Origin: Poseidonia sp.
GTDB taxonomy: Archaea > Thermoplasmatota > Poseidoniia > Poseidoniales > Poseidoniaceae
Assembly (NCBI GenBank): GCA_049617635.1
Contig: JBMZJQ010000002.1
Coordinates: 8,558-72,557 of the forward strand
Direction: 5' to 3'
DNA: 64,000 nt
Below the pieces are notes generated by a model. It did not search any database. It had not been told where the DNA came from and saw only the letters and a list, made by a program, of their open reading frames with translations. Below, piece by piece: positions 58,495-64,000 of the stretch. The translations under genes were made by a program, and so were the position numbers. Every line of letters begins with the position of its first letter. Positions within the stretch are counted from its first letter, which is position 1.

Positions 58495-60987
58495 ATGCCA
58501 GCCCCAAAACTTCCCGAAAAACGATGGTCGATTGACCTCGAAAAGAGCATCCAAGAAGCCCATTACAGCGACGATGACGCTTATTCAGGCCGGTATGCAT
58601 TCAACCCAACAAGCGGCAAGGAACTGTTCGTCATCGACACACCTCCACCGTATCCATCGGGCACTTGGCACATCGGTGCGGTGGCCCAGTATTCGATGAT
58701 CGATGTCCTCGCACGAAGTCAACGGCTGCTCGGAAAGGAGGTGTATTTCCCTTGGGGTGTTGACCGAAACGGCATCAACATTGAGTTCACGGTCGAAAAA
58801 AACACCAAGCGGAAGATGAAAACCTACGACCGAGAGGAATTCCTCAATTTGTGCCGAACCACCATCGAGACCTACACACAAGCCATGCGTGACACGGCCA
58901 AGCGAGTTGGGCTTTCCTGCGACTTCTCTCGAGAGTACCTGACCGATGCACCCGATTACCGAAGCGTCACACAATCCATTTTTGTTGAACTGTTCAAGAA
59001 AGGCGACATCATCGAGGACCTACGACCCAATATCTACGACCCTGTTGAGGGAACCACCATCGCCGACGCTGAAGTGGAACGCCTGCCACGCAAAACCAAG
59101 TTGGTCGATGTTCGATGGACGTGCGAGGACGGAACCGAGTTGGTCATTTCCACCACCCGTCCCGAGATGATTTGTGCTTGCGGCGTCGTCGTCGTGCATC
59201 CTGACGATGAACGATACCGCCATCTCGTCGGCAAACGCGTTTCGCTTCCCATGCCGACGAGTGAACGTGCAGTCACCGTGGAGATTCAACAACACCCCTC
59301 GGTCAAATCCGACTTTGGTACGGGCGTGCTGATGGTCTGTTCCTTCGGTGACCAAAACGACGTGGCCGTTTTCAGAGAACTCGGATTGACGCCCTTCCAA
59401 GCCATTGACCTTGAAGGCCGAATGACCAACGTTGCCGGTCCGCTTGCCGGCCTCACCGTTCTCGAGGCCCGGGCAAAGGCCATTGAGATGCTGGAAGCAT
59501 CTGGACAACTGCTCCAAGCCGTTGAACGTGACCAGGATATCCCCGTGTCGGAACGTGGAAAAAACCCGGTCGAGATCATCCTGCTCAAGGAATGGTATGT
59601 ACGGCAGACGCACATCCAAGACCGTATGCGTGAACATATTGAGGACATCCAATTTCATCCAGTCCGAAATCGCCAATTCTTGTTGGACTGGATGGACAAC
59701 ATCAGCATTGACTGGCCTATCAGTCGTCGACGTTGGTACCACACCGAAATCCCAATTTGGTACAGTGAAGACCAACAGCGAGTCGTCGTACCTCCAGCAG
59801 GAACCTATGTTCAACCATGGAAGGATGCACCTCCTGCCCAAAGCCGTGTTTTGGACCGAGAAACACGAGAAGATCTGGGGCCCTATGAGGACCTTCATAA
59901 CGAATTGGGCACGCTCACCGGGGAAGAGAAAGTGTTCGACACATGGATGGATTCCTCCAATTCCAATCTCTTTGTCAGCGGCTACTTAAACCATCCAGAG
60001 GTGTTTGCCAATGCCTTCCCAACAGCCCTCCGCCCGCAAGGAAAGGAAATCGTTCGGACATGGCTGTACTATACCTTGCTGAAATCCACCTTGGTTTTGG
60101 ACCAGCCCGGCTTCCAGCACGTGTGGATTGACGGGTTGGGCATGGACCCTTGGGGTCGTAAAATGAGCAAGTCACTGGGCAACGGCATTGATGCAGATTC
60201 CGTCCTCGAGTGCGGTGCTGGCGGCCGAACCGGTTCTTGGAATGTCAAGGGACCCAACGGTTCCATCAAACTCCAAGCGAACAAAATCGGCAGCGAGTGT
60301 TTCAGGTTGTGGAAGGCTTGCGATGCACAGGTTGGTGACGACTTCCAAATCAACCCGGAAGAAATTGAAAAGAAGTACTTCGGCGTGCTTACGAAATTGT
60401 TCAATGTTGCCCGGTTTGCCTCGCAATTCGATGTTCCTGAGAACCTCGATACGCCACCAGCATCCCTTTCGGCAGAGGACCGTTGGATTCTTGCAGAATT
60501 CCAATCGATGATGAACACCGTGGAGCAGGCATGGACGAACCTCGACATTTACACCGCCACGCAAGCCCTCAAGACCTTTGGAACGGGACTTCTCCCAAGC
60601 CATTACCTTGAAATGGTGAAATCACGCTTGTACGACGGAGACCAAGCCGCTTCGTGGACGCTTCATCGTGTGGTTCGGGATTTCATGGCAGCCTTCAGTC
60701 CGGTTTGTCCGTTCTTTACGCACCACATTTCCAGCACCGTTTATGGCCACTCATCCGTTGACATCGACGCCTTCCCAGTCCATCCGTTGCCATCGGTGGC
60801 CCCAGATACTGACGAAGGGCAACGCCTGTGTGGCTTATCCCACGCATTGCAGGAGTTCAACGGCGAGGTATGGGGGGCCAAGAAAGAAGCTGGTCTTTCC
60901 CTGAATCAACCGATTGAGGGCATGGTCCTGCCCGAGAGCTTAACCGAATTCAGTGAGATCCTTACTCGCATGCACCAACTTGCTTGA
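58495..60987 (+). CDS. valS: Valine--tRNA ligase
   Basis: DTPPPY.SG..HIG, TTRPE, DW.ISR, FDTWMDSS, KMSKS.GN. Confidence 0.92.
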   Translation: MPAPKLPEKRWSIDLEKSIQEAHYSDDDAYSGRYAFNPTSGKELFVIDTPPPYPSGTWHIGAVAQYSMIDVLARSQRLLGKEVYFPWGVDRNGINIEFTVEKNTKRKMKTYDREEFLNLCRTTIETYTQAMRDTAKRVGLSCDFSREYLTDAPDYRSVTQSIFVELFKKGDIIEDLRPNIYDPVEGTTIADAEVERLPRKTKLVDVRWTCEDGTELVISTTRPEMICACGVVVVHPDDERYRHLVGKRVSLPMPTSERAVTVEIQQHPSVKSDFGTGVLMVCSFGDQNDVAVFRELGLTPFQAIDLEGRMTNVAGPLAGLTVLEARAKAIEMLEASGQLLQAVERDQDIPVSERGKNPVEIILLKEWYVRQTHIQDRMREHIEDIQFHPVRNRQFLLDWMDNISIDWPISRRRWYHTEIPIWYSEDQQRVVVPPAGTYVQPWKDAPPAQSRVLDRETREDLGPYEDLHNELGTLTGEEKVFDTWMDSSNSNLFVSGYLNHPEVFANAFPTALRPQGKEIVRTWLYYTLLKSTLVLDQPGFQHVWIDGLGMDPWGRKMSKSLGNGIDADSVLECGAGGRTGSWNVKGPNGSIKLQANKIGSECFRLWKACDAQVGDDFQINPEEIEKKYFGVLTKLFNVARFASQFDVPENLDTPPASLSAEDRWILAEFQSMMNTVEQAWTNLDIYTATQALKTFGTGLLPSHYLEMVKSRLYDGDQAASWTLHRVVRDFMAAFSPVCPFFTHHISSTVYGHSSVDIDAFPVHPLPSVAPDTDEGQRLCGLSHALQEFNGEVWGAKKEAGLSLNQPIEGMVLPESLTEFSEILTRMHQLA

Positions 60988-62121
60988 TCATTCCTCTTCC
61001 ACCGTCAACGTGGTTTGCTTGGAAGGGGGAACTTCGAGTTGACCCAAGCGAAAGCCGATCAAGCGCACGTGCTTGTTGGTATCGATGTTGGTAGCGAACA
61101 AATGCTGGGCAACTCGCCTGAACACAGAGGGGTCATCCATCGCCACAGGAATGCTCCTGCTGGCCGTATGGGTCTCAAATCCAGTGTAGCGGATTTTGAC
61201 TTCGGCCAGCCTTCCAGAAACGCCCAATGACGATGCGCGTTCCATCACGGTGTCCACCAAATCCACCAGGCGCTCAAGCACCAATTCGTGGTCGCTGCGA
61301 TCACGGTCAAAGGTGTGTTCCTTCCCGATTGATTTCCGGCTTCGCAACGCGCTGATGACATCGCTGCTTTCGCCTTCAACCACCGACATGAACCATCCTG
61401 CAAAACGGGCACCGGCGAGCCTCGCAAGGGAAAGTTCTCCCAAAGCCTGCAGTTCATCAGCCGTCGTGTACCCCCATTCTGCCAACTGCGTCGCTCGTTT
61501 GGGACCAATGCCGGGAATTTCGCGAAGTGAACGGCCCTCGAAAAACGGTTTGAGTTCATCGGGCATCACCCGAAACACCCCATTTGGTTTGTTGACTTCA
61601 CTGCTCATTTTGGCAACGATGCGGGTCGGGCCGATGCCAAACGAAGCTGTCAGGTTTAGCGATTCAAAAATTTCCTGCTGGAGGGTTTTCGCAAGCGCAA
61701 GGGCCCCGTCCCAGTCACCGTTGACGGCCTCGGTCACATCGAGGTACGCCTCATCGATACTCGCTTGTTCGAACAAGTTGGCTTTTCGACGCAAACACTT
61801 CATCACACGGCGGCTTGCACGGCTGTACAATCCCCGAGTCCCGCGAATGTAGATGGCCGGACCAAAAGGCGCAGCAGGGCATCGCCTCCATGCCTCGGAA
61901 ATGGGCATTGCCGAACGGATACCGTAGGTTCTAGCCTCATAGTTGCAGGTGGAAACGATACCCCTGCCTCGTCCCTGCTTTGGGTCCGAGCCAATGATCA
62001 ACGGAACGCTGTTGTCAAACCCGTGATGGAGCACTTCAACGGCGGCGAAAAACGCGTCGAGATCGCAATGGATGATGATGCGTGAAGCGTTCACGCCAAC
62101 CTCTGCTTCTCCGCCCACCAC
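60988..62121 (-). CDS. dinB: DNA polymerase IV (Y-family, DinB/Dpo4)
   Basis: HCDLDAFFAAVE, YEAR.YGI, SIDEAYLD, KPNG, IPGIG, KSIG.E.TF, VRLIG; C-terminal KQTTL. Confidence 0.95.
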   Translation of the reverse strand: MVGGEAEVGVNASRIIIHCDLDAFFAAVEVLHHGFDNSVPLIIGSDPKQGRGRGIVSTCNYEARTYGIRSAMPISEAWRRCPAAPFGPAIYIRGTRGLYSRASRRVMKCLRRKANLFEQASIDEAYLDVTEAVNGDWDGALALAKTLQQEIFESLNLTASFGIGPTRIVAKMSSEVNKPNGVFRVMPDELKPFFEGRSLREIPGIGPKRATQLAEWGYTTADELQALGELSLARLAGARFAGWFMSVVEGESSDVISALRSRKSIGKEHTFDRDRSDHELVLERLVDLVDTVMERASSLGVSGRLAEVKIRYTGFETHTASRSIPVAMDDPSVFRRVAQHLFATNIDTNKHVRLIGFRLGQLEVPPSKQTTLTVEEE

Positions 62122-62219
62122 GGAGGTTTTTCACCGTCAAGGGTGCTTGAACTTGATGCTGAATTCACTTCAAGCAAGGGGTCTGGAGAACGATAGAAGA
62201 CCTCCCAGAGCGACCGTCC

Positions 62220-63005
62220 ATGATTGAAATGCATCGACACCTGGAACCAGCCGCTCTGCACCCTGTGCTCACGCCACCTCGAAACGGCATCGATGTAGGA
62301 CTGGTTCAGCCACAACGTGGCCAATTGTACCATCTTGCCGGACCTGGTCGTGCTGGAAGCAGCATGCGCCCTGTAGCCGAGCACTGGATTGCCCGTGCCT
62401 TGGCCGAGGGCGAGGTGGTGCACTGGGTCGACGGAGCATGCAGAATCGACCCTTCTCGCTTGATTCCCGCACTCGATGCACTTGACGCTGATACGGAAGC
62501 CTGTCTTTCACGCCTTTACTTGAGTCGTGGATTTACCCTGCATCAACTCGACCGGCAGTTGGAGCGACTCCCCAAAGAATTGGCCATCACGCGCTCACCT
62601 TTGGTGGTTGTCGATGGACTGTTGGCCATGCATGAAGACGACGCTGTTCGGCGTCTTGAATCACGGGTGTTGCTCCGCCGTCACATCGGCCTTTTGCAAC
62701 ACATCACTGCCCGACTGCACCTCGCCGTCATCGTCATCACGGAACGCCATGCAACATCCTCGCATCAACAGCGACTGATACGCCACGTCCATCGAGCATC
62801 ACACAACCATTTGTACGGGCACTGGCAAGGGCCACGCCGACGACGCAACCTCCACCTTTTTCACCCAAGAAGCGGGTTGCAAGGGATTTTTGCACCTCGG
62901 TTGGACGCAGCACAGGCGCGTTTTGCCATCCCCACGCCCCTCCTCAACAACCGGAAGAGCGCTCAATTGATTGGTTCGTTGCCGCTTCATCATGAGGAGA
63001 CGTGA
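62220..63005 (+). CDS. RecA/RadA-like protein with a degenerate Walker A (ImuA-like / PolB2-associated type)
   Basis: GQLYHLAGPGRAGSS (Lys absent), VHWVDG...DP, SRGFT.HQL, LVVVDGL. Confidence 0.7.
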   Translation: MIEMHRHLEPAALHPVLTPPRNGIDVGLVQPQRGQLYHLAGPGRAGSSMRPVAEHWIARALAEGEVVHWVDGACRIDPSRLIPALDALDADTEACLSRLYLSRGFTLHQLDRQLERLPKELAITRSPLVVVDGLLAMHEDDAVRRLESRVLLRRHIGLLQHITARLHLAVIVITERHATSSHQQRLIRHVHRASHNHLYGHWQGPRRRRNLHLFHPRSGLQGIFAPRLDAAQARFAIPTPLLNNRKSAQLIGSLPLHHEET

Positions 63006-64000
63006 ACTCCTCCAGGGTGGGTTGCCGCCCACCCATTCGTATCTGTTCAGTGGTCCAACCAAACGGTGCAAGGATGGCCCAAATGGCCCGCTCGGCAAGC
63101 GCACCGTAATGCGATGCACACCCCCTCATCGACGGAGGAGACGATGCAAGTTCTTCGTTCAGAAGAACACGGTTGAGAGGTTCAACCGCTGTGCTGTTGA
63201 CGACAACATAGCGTATTTTCCCACCGGGTGGCACATGATGACCTTGCTCATGGGCCCGCATCAAGGCCCCATAGGTCAAGTTCTTCACGCGATAGTCACG
63301 AAGGGTTGAGGTCACGCGGCGAGTCACGATCAAATCCTCAAGGGGCACTGTTCGCTGTTCAAGACGTTGCAGTTCGGCTTTGTAGAGGCGCCAGACCCGG
63401 CGTTGTGCATCGCTTCCTGGAAGACCGTTGTGGTCCGTCCCCGAGGCGAGCACCTCAAGCGCGCGTTCTTGCAACGAAGCGACCCACGGGGGAGTTGAAT
63501 GCTGACGCATCTCAATACCGCGAACTTTGAATGTCCCGCCCCCGTAGGCCCAATATTTTGTCAACGAACCTGCGCCATGGATGCGACTTGGCAGAAAACC
63601 GATGAAATCGTAATGCTGTTCCAATTCGAGAGGAATGCCGACCAGCCGAGAAATCCGCTCAGCGAACGAGCGTGCATCGCGTTGCTGTTCTGCGGGTGAA
63701 CGGTGCAGACGATCAGCAAGCCAAACGCAGTCAACAATGGCATGCAAGACGTCCCACCCGTCGTTTTGCGCTTCCTCGATGGTCGTCAGCAAGATGTCAC
63801 GGGACCACGCACAAATCGCTTCATGGGCTTCGATGCGACCGAACCTTGCATTGCGATAGCCGGTGTAACCGAAACACGTGACAAGAAGCCATTTGAGCGC
63901 GTTTTGACGGAGGTCAAAGGCGTCTCCCTTGACGACACGTTGTTCCTTCAGCATCCGACGACGTTCAATGATTGGCGCCACAACCCGTCCGAGGAAACCG
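62944..64000 (-). CDS. Family B DNA polymerase, PolB2 group, C-terminal part (5' end beyond window)
   Basis: ALKWLLVTCFGYTGYRNARFG..E.HE.I, motif C as HAIVDC, KVRGIE.R, C-terminal QPTLEEF. The frame stays open to the window end (GFLGRVVAPIIERR). Confidence 0.88.
   Translation of the reverse strand, partial: GFLGRVVAPIIERRRMLKEQRVVKGDAFDLRQNALKWLLVTCFGYTGYRNARFGRIEAHEAICAWSRDILLTTIEEAQNDGWDVLHAIVDCVWLADRLHRSPAEQQRDARSFAERISRLVGIPLELEQHYDFIGFLPSRIHGAGSLTKYWAYGGGTFKVRGIEMRQHSTPPWVASLQERALEVLASGTDHNGLPGSDAQRRVWRLYKAELQRLEQRTVPLEDLIVTRRVTSTLRDYRVKNLTYGALMRAHEQGHHVPPGGKIRYVVVNSTAVEPLNRVLLNEELASSPPSMRGCASHYGALAERAIWAILAPFGWTTEQIRMGGRQPTLEEFTSPHDEAATNQSIERSSGC

Overview
Gene-dense archaeal chromosomal segment. 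It carries archaeal-type ribosomal proteins (S19e, L39e, L31e, S17e), tRNA-splicing endonuclease, archease, geranylgeranyl reductase and an Alu-containing SRP RNA. It also carries many bacterial-like genes (pntAB, TopB-like topoisomerase, IscA/YgfZ, MqnC) and large Ca-binding-repeat surface proteins. This mix suggests Marine Group II Euryarchaeota (Poseidoniales); that assignment is inference only. I saw no CRISPR array, tRNA, rRNA or mobile element. The most notable observations are: (1) a preQ0 (7-deazaguanine) operon headed by an un-called ribbon-helix-helix gene with a palindromic operator candidate, in which a QueC lacking its Zn-binding cysteines is fused to an intact MsrB; (2) a cluster of DinB, a Walker-A-dead RecA-like protein and PolB2, with PIP-like tails on both polymerases, resembling an archaeal mutasome; (3) a TatC paralogue fused to a Cys-rich HdrA-N-like domain; (4) a recurring non-canonical TATA element, TT(C/G)AA, 27-32 nt upstream of start codons; (5) a stand-alone PqqD/RRE-like gene; (6) a PNGase F-like lipoprotein. 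All product calls come from motif recognition by eye, not database searches.
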